From: an uncultured Methanosarcinales archaeon
Lineage (GTDB): Archaea; Halobacteriota; Methanosarcinia; Methanosarcinales; CAZCCY01
NCBI GenBank assembly: GCA_964497545.1
Contig: CAZCCY010000003.1
Span: 1 to 46,487 of the forward strand
Direction of reading: 5' to 3'
DNA: 46,487 nucleotides
Shown: positions 28,128 through 37,322 of the stretch, in pieces
How positions within the stretch are numbered: position 1 is the first letter of the stretch
Layout of the letters: each line of letters starts with the position of its first letter
Notes under the pieces: generated by a model
What the model was told of the DNA's origin: nothing
The model's database searches: none
What the model saw: only the letters and a program-made list of their open reading frames with translations
Program-made: the position numbers and the translations under genes

Positions 28128-29198
28128 ATGCGTCTCAATCTCATCCAGTTCCTCTCCAACGCCTCTTTTTTCACGTCCCTAATTTTCATTCCTCTCTTCG
28201 CTGCGGAGGTGGGTGCCAGCCCCTGGGAGATCGGGGTTATTGGCGCTGTTTATTCCATATCGGTTTTTTTCTCCTCTTACATTGCAGGTAAAGCCTCGGA
28301 CAGGTTCTCGGAGCGGCTTGTAATGAGGGTTGGCCTCCTTCTGAGCTCGGTCTCTTTTTTACTCCAGATTCTAGCAGACTCCCCCCTTTCTCTTGCCTTG
28401 GTGCGGGCTCTGGCCGGTTTCTGTGTGGGAATATACCCACCTGCCCTGCTCTCCTATGTCTACTGGCAGCGGAGGAACATCGGTAAATTCATTTCTTATT
28501 CCTCGCTGGGCTGGGCTTTTGGCTCGTTTTTCGCTGGACTGCTGGCAGCCTTCCAGAGCATCTTCCTGGCATCATCCCTCCTCTTTGCCATCTCCTTCCT
28601 GTTAACCCTTGGACTGCCAGAACCCCACACCGAGCATGTCCATTCTGGTTTTTTCTCGCTTAAACCCCTCTGGGATAACTGGAGAGTGTATCTTTCTTTT
28701 CTCAGCCGTCACACTGGTGCAAGTGCGGTCTGGATAATTTATCCCATCTACCTGGAAAATCTGGGGGCGACCAGGTTCTGGGTGGGACTGATTTACACCA
28801 CAAACCTCCTGGGGCAGTTCTTCCTCATGCAGCGGCTCACCGGCATACCCTGCACACGCATGATACGATGGGGCTACCTGCTCTCAGCCATCGCCTTCCT
28901 ATTCCTCGGTTTGATACCCAGCTACTGGTGGGCCTTCCCTGGTATGCTTTTGATTGCATGCTCCTGGTCCTTCATCTATGTGGGCTCAAACTCCCTCCTC
29001 CTGGAACTGAACCTGGAGAAAGCCACTGCGGTGGGGCTTCTGAACTCCACCATCAGCATGGCCTCGGTAATCGGCTCCCTGGTGGGAGGGGTAACCGCGG
29101 GTGCTTTCAGCTACCGGGCCGTGTTCCTGCTGGCAAGCTTTCTCGCTCTGGTAAGTCTTGTCACATTCAAAAGCCAGGGGAAATGCACCGTGAACTAA
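28128..29198 (+). CDS. MFS transporter
   Basis: About 11-12 predicted TM helices and an MFS-type loop 'GKASDRFSERLVMRVG'. The ATG at 28128 is preferred over the TTG at 28113. Confidence 0.75.
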   Translation: MRLNLIQFLSNASFFTSLIFIPLFAAEVGASPWEIGVIGAVYSISVFFSSYIAGKASDRFSERLVMRVGLLLSSVSFLLQILADSPLSLALVRALAGFCVGIYPPALLSYVYWQRRNIGKFISYSSLGWAFGSFFAGLLAAFQSIFLASSLLFAISFLLTLGLPEPHTEHVHSGFFSLKPLWDNWRVYLSFLSRHTGASAVWIIYPIYLENLGATRFWVGLIYTTNLLGQFFLMQRLTGIPCTRMIRWGYLLSAIAFLFLGLIPSYWWAFPGMLLIACSWSFIYVGSNSLLLELNLEKATAVGLLNSTISMASVIGSLVGGVTAGAFSYRAVFLLASFLALVSLVTFKSQGKCTVN

Positions 29199-29331
29199 AA
29201 AAGAGAGGGGGGGGAGTCTGCTAGACGGTTGTTCAGCGGTACACCCGGAATGTGACTTTTGTGGTTCTCATGGGATCAATTGGGGGTAGATAAATAATTA
29301 AACTAGTAGGTAGAACTGTCTCTTGTAGGAT

Positions 29332-30579
29332 ATGTCTGAGATTTCCAGTATGCTGGTTACTCATGTGAAGGCCAGCGTTGAAGACATTGAGAAGATGGGT
29401 GCCTGGCACGGTGGGGTAGAGGAGATTCTCAAGATGCTTAAGCAGGTTCCTGAGGTGGAAGAATGCGCTGTACTCAAAACCTGCAACCGGGTGGAAGTCT
29501 ATGTAGTCTCTAAAAAAGGGAGCAAGGTCCTCCTCAACTTCGCCAAAAAAATGAAGGTCTCTTCTAGAATCGTGGATTTCCTGGACCATGAGGAGTCCCT
29601 CCGCCACCTTCTCAGGCTGGCAGCCGGGATAGAGTCCATGATAGTGGGAGAGGACCAGATCCTGGGACAGATGAAAGAACTCTACAACCTGGCAAAAAAG
29701 GCGAAGGCAACCGGTAGGGTCCTGGACCTGGCGTTTAACAAGGCCATCCAGGTGGGCAAAAGAGTCCGTAACGAGACCAAAATTAACAAGGGGTCTGTTT
29801 CCATCGGCTCTGCCGCGGTGGACCTGGCAGAGGATGTCCTGGGAGGATTGAAAGGCAGAACCGTGATGGTGATCGGTGCGGGTGAGATGGGATCGCTTGT
29901 GGCACGGGCACTTGCCAACCGGAATATCAAAGTGATTTACGTGGCCAACCGGACTTTTGAGCGGGCAAAAGAACTGGCGCAGGAACTCAAAGGCCAGGCA
30001 GTAAACTACAACAACATCCTGGAATACATGGAAACCTCAGACGTTGTAATCGCAGCGACATCAGCCCCCCACACCATACTGAACCGGGAGATGCTGGAAG
30101 GGTTAAACCGGAAGGAGAAGCTTCTGCTGATTGACATTGGCAACCCCAGAAATATCAGCGAAGACGTTAAAGAGCTTCCAAACGTCGAACTCTACAACCT
30201 GGACAGCCTCAAACGTATCAGCGAAAGAAACCTGGAGTTGCGACGTGAAGAAGCAAAGAAAGCCGAGAAAATAATCGAAGAAGAACTGGAACTCCTCAAA
30301 TTACATTACAAACGCCAGAAGGCAGAAGCCCTACTCTCAGCTATCTACCGTAAAGTCGAGGAAATACGCCTCAAAGAGAAACGCCAGGCCATAAACAGGC
30401 TCAGCGCCTATCACACCATGGGAAAAATAGAAGAGGAAGTAATCGACGACCTCACCCACTCCTTCGCCAACCAGATCCTCGCCCATCCCACAAAATTCAT
30501 GAAAACCGCAGCAGAAGAAGGAGACGAGGAAGCACTGGAAATAGTCTCGGAGCTCTTCGGCCTAAACGGCAGCAAATGA
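29332..30579 (+). CDS. hemA: Glutamyl-tRNA reductase
   Basis: 'LKTCNRVEVYVV', 'GEDQILGQ' and NADPH-binding 'VMVIGAGEMG'. Confidence 0.9.
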   Translation: MSEISSMLVTHVKASVEDIEKMGAWHGGVEEILKMLKQVPEVEECAVLKTCNRVEVYVVSKKGSKVLLNFAKKMKVSSRIVDFLDHEESLRHLLRLAAGIESMIVGEDQILGQMKELYNLAKKAKATGRVLDLAFNKAIQVGKRVRNETKINKGSVSIGSAAVDLAEDVLGGLKGRTVMVIGAGEMGSLVARALANRNIKVIYVANRTFERAKELAQELKGQAVNYNNILEYMETSDVVIAATSAPHTILNREMLEGLNRKEKLLLIDIGNPRNISEDVKELPNVELYNLDSLKRISERNLELRREEAKKAEKIIEEELELLKLHYKRQKAEALLSAIYRKVEEIRLKEKRQAINRLSAYHTMGKIEEEVIDDLTHSFANQILAHPTKFMKTAAEEGDEEALEIVSELFGLNGSK

Positions 30580-31412
30580 AACCCCCCTGGCTCAAAGTTA
30601 AACCACCCGGGGAAGAAGAATACCTCCACCTGAAAAAGAGTCTGGCAGGCCTTCCAACCGTATGCGAGAGGGCCAGGTGCCCCAACCTGGGGGAGTGCTG
30701 GAGCCACGGGGCCGTCACCTTTCTGATCCTGGGAGACGCCTGCACCCGCAACTGCCATTTTTGTGCTGTCCCCACCCTGAAACAGAGCCTACCCCCTGAC
30801 CCGGACGAACCGTTAAAACTTGCCGAAACCGCAGAAAAACTAAACCTGGAATACGCTGTCATAACCTCGGTGGACCGGGACGACCTCCCAGACGGGGGTG
30901 CAAGCCACTATGCCAGGTGCATCCAGGCCCTAAAATCCAGAGGCATAAAGGTGGAAGCCCTCATCCCCGATTTCCAGGGCGACATCCAGGCTCTGGCCAG
31001 GGTGGTTGAGGCAGGGCCAGAGATTGTAGCCCACAACCTCGAGACCACCCGGAGGTTACACCCTGTTGTCCGGGACATCCGGGCGAGCTATACCCGCTCC
31101 CTCCAGGTTCTCAGGGAGGCAGGAGAAATGGGAGCCACCACCAAGTCATCGCTCATGCTCGGCCTAGGCGAAACCAAAGCAGAGGTCCTGGAAGCCATGG
31201 AAGACCTCCACAGTGTGGGAGTAAGCATCCTCACACTGGGGCAGTACTTACAGCCCAGCAAGGACAAACTGGCAGTCAGTGAATACATTCCACCCTGGAA
31301 GTTCGAAGACTACCGCACTCTGGCCCTGGAGATGGGATTCAGAGAGGTGGTGGCCGGCCCCCTGGTGCGAAGCTCCTACCAGGTATGGGAATACAGAACC
31401 CAGGACAGTTAA
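30576..31412 (+). CDS. lipA: Lipoyl synthase
   Basis: 'CERARCPNLGECW' and radical-SAM 'GDACTRNCHFC'. It is coupled to hemA by an ATGA overlap. Confidence 0.9.
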   Translation: MKPPWLKVKPPGEEEYLHLKKSLAGLPTVCERARCPNLGECWSHGAVTFLILGDACTRNCHFCAVPTLKQSLPPDPDEPLKLAETAEKLNLEYAVITSVDRDDLPDGGASHYARCIQALKSRGIKVEALIPDFQGDIQALARVVEAGPEIVAHNLETTRRLHPVVRDIRASYTRSLQVLREAGEMGATTKSSLMLGLGETKAEVLEAMEDLHSVGVSILTLGQYLQPSKDKLAVSEYIPPWKFEDYRTLALEMGFREVVAGPLVRSSYQVWEYRTQDS

Positions 31413-32023
31413 ATGTATTTCTGGGCTGCTGTTATCAGCCTGTCCATGGTGCGATGGAGGCTTTTCAGCCCCTCGGTGTCATCGCTTGCACCCTCAGCCC
31501 CCCTGTCCCGGGACCAGAGGCACCCGCCCAGGTTAGCGCCGAAGGAACCGCCTCCAACCGGTATTACCTCGCTGATAACATAGAAGTTGAGGATGGTCTG
31601 AATCGCGGGTTCCTGTCCGCCCACCCTGTCCCCGCCCACTGCAATCGCAGCCCCAATTTTACCTCTAAAAGCCTGGGGGTCCCTGGCCAGAAGAGCCCGA
31701 CACCGGTCCATCATCACCTTGGTCTGACCACTCAGGGTGCCCTGGTAGACAGGAGTGCCAATAATCCAGGCATCAGCCCAGAGCAGCCCATCATAAGCCT
31801 CGACCAGATCGTCCTTGTGGACACACCCCTGCCGGGTGCGGATGCAGTAATCACAGTGGATGCAGAAATTCACCCTTTTACCGTGAAAAGAAAAATACCT
31901 TGTCTCGACAGGATACCTCTCCTCTGCATACCGTAAAGCCTCCCTCACAGCAAAATCTGTAGCGGCAAGACGGGGACTGCCCGAAAACCCGAAAAGCCTG
32001 ACCCTGGCTGGCACAGGGTGCAC
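31409..32023 (-). CDS. Iron-sulfur flavoprotein / NADPH-dependent FMN reductase family protein
   Basis: Flavodoxin-like 'LFGFSGSPR' and 'IIGTPVYQGTLSGQTK'. The compact Cys motif 'CIHCDYCIRTRQGC' resembles Isf-type proteins. Confidence 0.7.
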   Translation of the reverse strand: MHPVPARVRLFGFSGSPRLAATDFAVREALRYAEERYPVETRYFSFHGKRVNFCIHCDYCIRTRQGCVHKDDLVEAYDGLLWADAWIIGTPVYQGTLSGQTKVMMDRCRALLARDPQAFRGKIGAAIAVGGDRVGGQEPAIQTILNFYVISEVIPVGGGSFGANLGGCLWSRDRGAEGASDDTEGLKSLHRTMDRLITAAQKYI

Positions 32024-32256
32024 ATCTGTGACGTAGAGATAAAAACGTTTTCCCCCTTTACAGCATACTTCCCTTGCCTTTATCTTTCCCTTTCACATTA
32101 CTAGAATTTAATTTTCTATATTGTTTTTTTTTGAGAGTTTGCATAATTTTATCTAGTATTATTGTTATAACAGTAATTGTGGGTAAGGCCAGGGAATTCC
32201 CGTGTACCTTGAGGTGCACTTCATAGGGATCCTGGGTCCACTTTATTTTCTCTTTT

Positions 32257-32904
32257 TTATTTGTTCCATAACAGCAATTTATCTCTGTTCATAATCTTCT
32301 CTTCTATTATGGTCCAATAAGAATTGTCATTATGATTAAATTTCCTGTGGATGCTCCAAGCAACAAAATCCACTACCTGCAGGGCTTTACTGGCTTGAGA
32401 GTCTCTGTGCTGAATCTCGACCGAACAATTCCTGCATAAACTCGTTTTGATGTAATGGTCAAAATTCTTCCTGATGAGCGTGTTTGTATGTTTCTTATCC
32501 ACCACTATCGTCAATTTTTGAATGCCAACAGCATCTATTTTATCCAGAAGATTCTTGCAGATGTAGTTATACAGTCTGTCCTTCGTATTAAAAAGACGAT
32601 CGTAAATCTTCTTTTTCTCCACAATTATAGCAAAAATCTGGCAATCGGTTTTTCTAACCTTTTTCAATATGCTTTCTCTTATCACTCTGTTAGATTTGTT
32701 AGCCTTTAGTTCAGGCATTTCCCTGATTTTTTTCTTGAGCTTCCTTTGTCTCACATTCTTAACGATTCTTTCAAGTTTGAGAGGATCGTCCGTAACTATC
32801 GCTGCTATTATAAAATATTCTGACCCATGCTTTCCAAGATCGCCGCTCTCATCGATATAAACATATTTTATTACCATATTTCTCATCACTTCGTGAGTTG
32901 ACAA
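32257..32904 (-). CDS. DUF3800-family protein
   Basis: 'YVYIDESGDLG' N-terminal motif and 'ALQVVDFVAW' are typical of DUF3800. The gene and its flanks (about 32040-33080) are markedly AT-rich relative to the neighbours. Confidence 0.65.
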   Translation of the reverse strand: MSTHEVMRNMVIKYVYIDESGDLGKHGSEYFIIAAIVTDDPLKLERIVKNVRQRKLKKKIREMPELKANKSNRVIRESILKKVRKTDCQIFAIIVEKKKIYDRLFNTKDRLYNYICKNLLDKIDAVGIQKLTIVVDKKHTNTLIRKNFDHYIKTSLCRNCSVEIQHRDSQASKALQVVDFVAWSIHRKFNHNDNSYWTIIEEKIMNRDKLLLWNK

Positions 32905-33085
32905 ATATTGTGTTTGTGTTCATCTCAAACCCCTTAAAACAGCTCTATTGTATCGATTGTATATAAAGAAAAACTTTTTTATAGCTATACAATTCGGAAA
33001 TACATGGAACCAGAAGTACTATGGTGGTGGGTGAATGTTTTATTAGCGGCTATCTCCATTTAGGCTATGTTTGAGGTAAACTTTT

Positions 33086-34330
33086 ATGGTTGAGACATCG
33101 GCACACAGGAAGTACGAGTTCAAAAGGCAGCTAGAGTACCTGCGAGACAAAAAGGGTAGAGGCACTGAGTTAATTTCTCTCTATATTCCACCTGACAAGC
33201 AGATTTCTGATGTCACAAGTCAGTTGCGAGAGGAATATGGTCAGGCATCCAATATTAAGAGTCGAGTTACCCGTCAGAATGTGCTGGCAGCCCTGGAGTC
33301 TCTCATGGCCCGGCTTAAACTGATACCCCGGCCACCAGAGAATGGCGTGGTGATTTTCTGTGGAGCCGTGGATGTGGGCGGGGGTAAAACTGACATGCAG
33401 ACGGTTATTATCGAGCCCCCGGAGCCCCTGCCCTCGTATAAATATCATTGTGACTCCTCTTTTTACCTGGAACCTCTGGAGGAGATGCTCCGGGAGAAAA
33501 AGACCTATGGCCTGCTGGTCCTGGACCGGAGGGAGGCTACCATTGGAATCCTGCAAGGGAAACGGATTGAGGTTGTCAAGCATCTTACCTCTGCTGTGCC
33601 AGGAAAACAGCGCAAGGGGGGGCAGAGCTCCCACCGGTTCCAGCAGCTAAGGCTTATCGCCATCCACGACTTCTACAAGCGAATCGGGGATGATGCCAGC
33701 AAGGCCTTCCTGGAATACGGTAAAGAGCTTGAGGGCATCCTGATTGGCGGTCCTTCTCCTACCAAGGAGGAGTTCGAGGCTGGAGGCTTCCTCCACCACG
33801 AGCTTCAGCGGAAGATAATCGGCCTGTTTGACACCGCCTACACTGACGAGTACGGTCTCAGCGAGCTTGTTGACAAAGCCTCCAGCGAGCTTGAGAACCT
33901 GGAGGTCATGCAGCAGAAAAAACTGATGCAGAGGTTCATGAGAGAGCTTGTCAGCGAGGATGGTAAAGCCTCCTACGGCGAAAAAGAGGTTAGAAAGAAC
34001 CTGGAGATGGGCGCGGTAGAAGTTCTTTTGCTCTCCGAAGACCTGCGCCGAGACAGAGTGACTCTCAGATGTACCTCCTGTGATTACACCGAAAAAAAGA
34101 CCTTCACCCGTAAAGCCGGAGACCCAGAGCCAGACCCGGGCACATGCCCCAGGTGTGGCAACCCCCTGAAAATAGCAGAGTCAATAGACATTGTGGAAGA
34201 ACTCACCAAGATGGCAGAACAGACCGGCACAGATGCAGCCCTGATATCTACCGACTTCGAGGAAGGAGAACAGCTACTTTCAGCCTTCGGCGGCGTTGGA
34301 GCCATACTAAGATACCGGACAGGCGTCTAA
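33086..34330 (+). CDS. prf1: Peptide chain release factor aRF1
   Basis: 'NIKS' (ASNIKSRV) and 'GGQ' (KGGQSSHRF) motifs, plus the C-terminal zinc ribbon 'CTSCDY...CPRCG'. Confidence 0.92.
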   Translation: MVETSAHRKYEFKRQLEYLRDKKGRGTELISLYIPPDKQISDVTSQLREEYGQASNIKSRVTRQNVLAALESLMARLKLIPRPPENGVVIFCGAVDVGGGKTDMQTVIIEPPEPLPSYKYHCDSSFYLEPLEEMLREKKTYGLLVLDRREATIGILQGKRIEVVKHLTSAVPGKQRKGGQSSHRFQQLRLIAIHDFYKRIGDDASKAFLEYGKELEGILIGGPSPTKEEFEAGGFLHHELQRKIIGLFDTAYTDEYGLSELVDKASSELENLEVMQQKKLMQRFMRELVSEDGKASYGEKEVRKNLEMGAVEVLLLSEDLRRDRVTLRCTSCDYTEKKTFTRKAGDPEPDPGTCPRCGNPLKIAESIDIVEELTKMAEQTGTDAALISTDFEEGEQLLSAFGGVGAILRYRTGV

Positions 34331-34441
34331 CGTTAGAAGAGGTCAAAAAAACAGAATAACAATTATAATGTGATGTTATTCTTCTGTGGAATTCACACTT
34401 GGCAAGATTTAAGTATTTCGAGGTGAAACCACACTTTTACT

Positions 34442-34807
34442 ATGAATCATTGGACGACTGCTGCCTCGGTGTTCGCTATTTTACTGGCAGTGGTGGGACT
34501 CTACATCGCCTTCCGCAACTGGCTTTTCTGGACCAGAGGAGACATCAAAAATCTGAGAGCGAGAGTCTTCCTAGACGAGAATTTTTTGATATCTAATTTC
34601 AACCTTATCCTCCTCATCGGAGGGGTGCTGGGTGTACACGTGATCGTGATGCTATTTGAAGCCATGGAAATCAATTCCAGCAGATACCTGGTAATGGCAA
34701 ATTACCTGCTAATGGACCTTGCCATGTTCCTCATGGTGGTCCTCGCTTTCCTCTGGTTCAGACTTTTCAGCAAGGGAGGTAAACTTCAGAGTAAAGACTC
34801 CAGATAA
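34442..34807 (+). CDS. Small membrane protein (about 3 TM), function unknown
   Basis: Hydrophobic helices 'AASVFAILLAVVGLYIAF', 'LILLIGGVLGVHVIVML' and 'LAMFLMVVLAFLWF'. No family was recognised. Confidence 0.4.
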   Translation: MNHWTTAASVFAILLAVVGLYIAFRNWLFWTRGDIKNLRARVFLDENFLISNFNLILLIGGVLGVHVIVMLFEAMEINSSRYLVMANYLLMDLAMFLMVVLAFLWFRLFSKGGKLQSKDSR

Positions 34808-35604
34808 CATTTTTCCTCCTGGAGCAGCCCTATTTTCTCCTCTCTATCAGGTCTGACCGGTAAAACAGCATCATTAATCTCAATGGTAAGATTACCTCTA
34901 GTTTTAATTTTATAGCGTTTCAAAATAGATTTCACAGCCTCCACATTCTCTCTGGCGGGATGGGATAGCATGTGCAGGGGATAATGGGGCTTGCCCTGGT
35001 AGATGCAGCTTACATGGAAGTTGATGGGTGTCAGTCTGTCCAGGAATTCCTGGGTAAGGCCGGGTATTGAGAGGGCGTGGGCAAGGTCAAAGGTGAAGGC
35101 CAGGCCAGGGAAGCGTTTAAGGGTCTCCTCCATCTCCCCGGGCCGGGCGCACATTGCCTGTATCCTGGGCAGGGGGTTTTCCAGGGCAAGGGTGACACCC
35201 AAACTTTCTGCGACTTCCAACGACTCTGCCAGGTACTCCCGGAACCTCTCCCAGTCCTCCAGGAGCGGCCGCCGCTTCACAGTCCTCCTGCCAGGATGAA
35301 TCGTCACAATTTCCACCCCCATCTCAGCTGCCACCTCCAGACTCCACAGGGTCTCCTCCAGAGCAGCCCTCCTAACCCGCTTATTGTAAGAAGAAGGATT
35401 CAAATCCAATATGGGGGCGTGAAAAGTGGCAGTCCTGAAATTTGAAAGAAAATCCCGAAGCTCGGGTTTCCCTCTTTCACGCTTCCGCCAGTAGCAGGGT
35501 GTTTCAAGCCAGAACTCAACGCCATGGAGACCCGCCTCTAACAGGATATCTGCAATATCCTCCAGGCCGTACTCCCAGAGAAAAAGAGAGGAAGCGGTAA
35601 TCAT
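34786..35604 (-). CDS. Xylose-isomerase-like TIM-barrel protein (sugar phosphate isomerase/epimerase family)
   Basis: 'GVEFW', '[12 protein letters not shown]', 'VTIHPG' and 'LALEN' block pattern. An ATGA overlap couples it to argF. Confidence 0.65.
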   Translation of the reverse strand: MITASSLFLWEYGLEDIADILLEAGLHGVEFWLETPCYWRKRERGKPELRDFLSNFRTATFHAPILDLNPSSYNKRVRRAALEETLWSLEVAAEMGVEIVTIHPGRRTVKRRPLLEDWERFREYLAESLEVAESLGVTLALENPLPRIQAMCARPGEMEETLKRFPGLAFTFDLAHALSIPGLTQEFLDRLTPINFHVSCIYQGKPHYPLHMLSHPARENVEAVKSILKRYKIKTRGNLTIEINDAVLPVRPDREEKIGLLQEEKCYLESLL

Positions 35605-36503
35605 CCTAAAAGTTTCAACAGGACAGCCTTCTGGGCGTGAAGACGGTTCTCGGCCTGATCAAACACAACAGAATGACTGCCATCCAACACCTCGCCAGTA
35701 ATCTCCTCCCCCCGATGGGCAGGCAGACAATGCATCACCACAACATCCTCCATGGCATGGCTGACAAGCTCCTCGTCCACCTGATAACCCTGAAAAGCCT
35801 TAAGCCTCAACTCAGCCTCTTTTTCATCCCCCATAGAAACCCAGGTATCAGTGTAGATTACATCCGCATCCCGCACAGCCTCCACTGGACTATGAGTGAG
35901 AAACACCCTACCTCCCAACCTCTCTGCCCGCTCCACTATCCCCCTGTCAGGCTCATAACCCTGCGGAGTCGCCACCCTGACCTCCATCCCCATCAAACTG
36001 CAAGCAAGAATAGCCGAATTACACACATTATTCCCATCCCCCACCCAAGCAAAACTGAGCCCCTCAAAATCCCCTTTGTACTCCCGGATGGTAAGAAGAT
36101 CCGCCAGAAGCTGACAGGGATGCTCCAAATCCGAAAGACCATTGATCACCGGCACACTGGCACTGGCTGCCATCTCCTCCAGCGTAGAATGACGATAGAC
36201 CCTTGCCATGATACCATGCACATACCTGGACATCACCTTTGCAGTATCAGATATGGTCTCACCCCGACCAAGCTGGAGGTCCCGGGGTCCAAGATAGAGA
36301 CTATGACCCCCCAGCTCGGTCATGGCCACCTCAAAAGAGATCCGAGTGCGAGTAGAGGGCTTCTCAAAAAGCATGGCAAGACTACGGTTCTCCAAAACAC
36401 GGGAAACACTACCCCGGTTCTTTTTCAAATACATTGCAATGTCCAGCAGCTCGTATATCTCTTCCCGGGAGAAATCAAGGATAGAAAGCAGATGACGGGG
36501 CAT
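35601..36503 (-). CDS. argF: Ornithine carbamoyltransferase
   Basis: '[13 protein letters not shown]', 'HPCQLLAD' and '[10 protein letters not shown]'. Confidence 0.9.
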   Translation of the reverse strand: MPRHLLSILDFSREEIYELLDIAMYLKKNRGSVSRVLENRSLAMLFEKPSTRTRISFEVAMTELGGHSLYLGPRDLQLGRGETISDTAKVMSRYVHGIMARVYRHSTLEEMAASASVPVINGLSDLEHPCQLLADLLTIREYKGDFEGLSFAWVGDGNNVCNSAILACSLMGMEVRVATPQGYEPDRGIVERAERLGGRVFLTHSPVEAVRDADVIYTDTWVSMGDEKEAELRLKAFQGYQVDEELVSHAMEDVVVMHCLPAHRGEEITGEVLDGSHSVVFDQAENRLHAQKAVLLKLLG

Positions 36504-36670
36504 AACAATTAAAACACAACAAATTTACTTAAATTTTATTTGATTATCAACAATAAATTTTTTGTTGAATATTTATTTATTGGTATTGATGGTAGGAAGT
36601 AATATCCCACTTTCCGCAGGTCCCTTCTACGCATAGTGGTTTTTCTTGAAAAAACTGACAGAAAACCGAT

Positions 36671-37246
36671 ATGCGTAGACACTTAGTGCAGAATGTAGGA
36701 TTAAATATTTTATCAGACCATATTTGGTTTACCATTTTTTGGACACTCCCTTATCTGGTGAAAGCAGAGCTTGAAGTTGACCAACAGGCAATTGAAAAGG
36801 AACGTGAAAAACTAGGACGATTCATTCTGGCAACCAACGACCCTGACCTCACAGGCGATGAAATCCTGTCACACTACAAAAGTCAGAGTAAGATAGAACG
36901 TGGATTCAGGTTTCTGAAAGACAAAAGTTTCCATGTTTCAGAGGTCTACCTGAAAAAAGAAAGCCGGATTGAAGCATTAACCATGATAATGGTCCTATGC
37001 CTCTTCCTTTATTCAATTGCTCAATGGATGTTAAGAAATAGACTTAAAGAGACAAACAAATTTGTCAGAAACCAGGTAAAGAAACCTATACAGAACCCCA
37101 CAATGAGATGGATATTTTTCCTGTTCAGAAGGATCACAGAAGTAACAATCCACAATGGTAAAACCGTTAAAAAGAAAGTGGCAAATATGACCGAGGAGTT
37201 ATGGGATATTCTGAGTCTGGCGAGGGCGAAAGCCCGAGCCAGTTGA
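36671..37246 (+). mobile_element. C-terminal fragment of an IS1634/IS4-like DDE transposase (relic)
   Basis: 'LGRFILATNDPDLTGDEILSHYKSQSKIERGFRFLKDKSF' is the typical C-terminal YK..ER..FR.LK block. The N-terminal ~2/3 of a transposase is missing, and no terminal inverted repeats were identified. Confidence 0.6.
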
Positions 37247-37262
37247 TACGAAGTATCAACCT
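37215..37262. repeat. Multi-hairpin repeat element, partial copy C (inverted relative to copy A)
   Basis: GGGC-GAAA-GCCC (37224-37235) and GTTGATAC-GAA-GTATCAAC (37242-37260). 'aagcccgagccagttgatacgaagtatcaacc' resembles the reverse complement of 879-912 in copy A. Confidence 0.45.
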
Positions 37263-37322
37263 GATGGGAAAAGAATGCAAAAAATATTATGTTTGAAAAA
37301 AGACATGCGGAAAGTCAGATAT

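Noticed and set aside
31385-31936. 183-aa plus-strand ORF
   Set aside because: It is antisense to the Isf-like flavoprotein gene and overlaps the lipA end.
35637-36512. 291-aa plus-strand ORF
   Set aside because: It is antisense to argF (STRTR and HCLP motifs on the minus strand). Its translation is His/Pro/Thr-rich.
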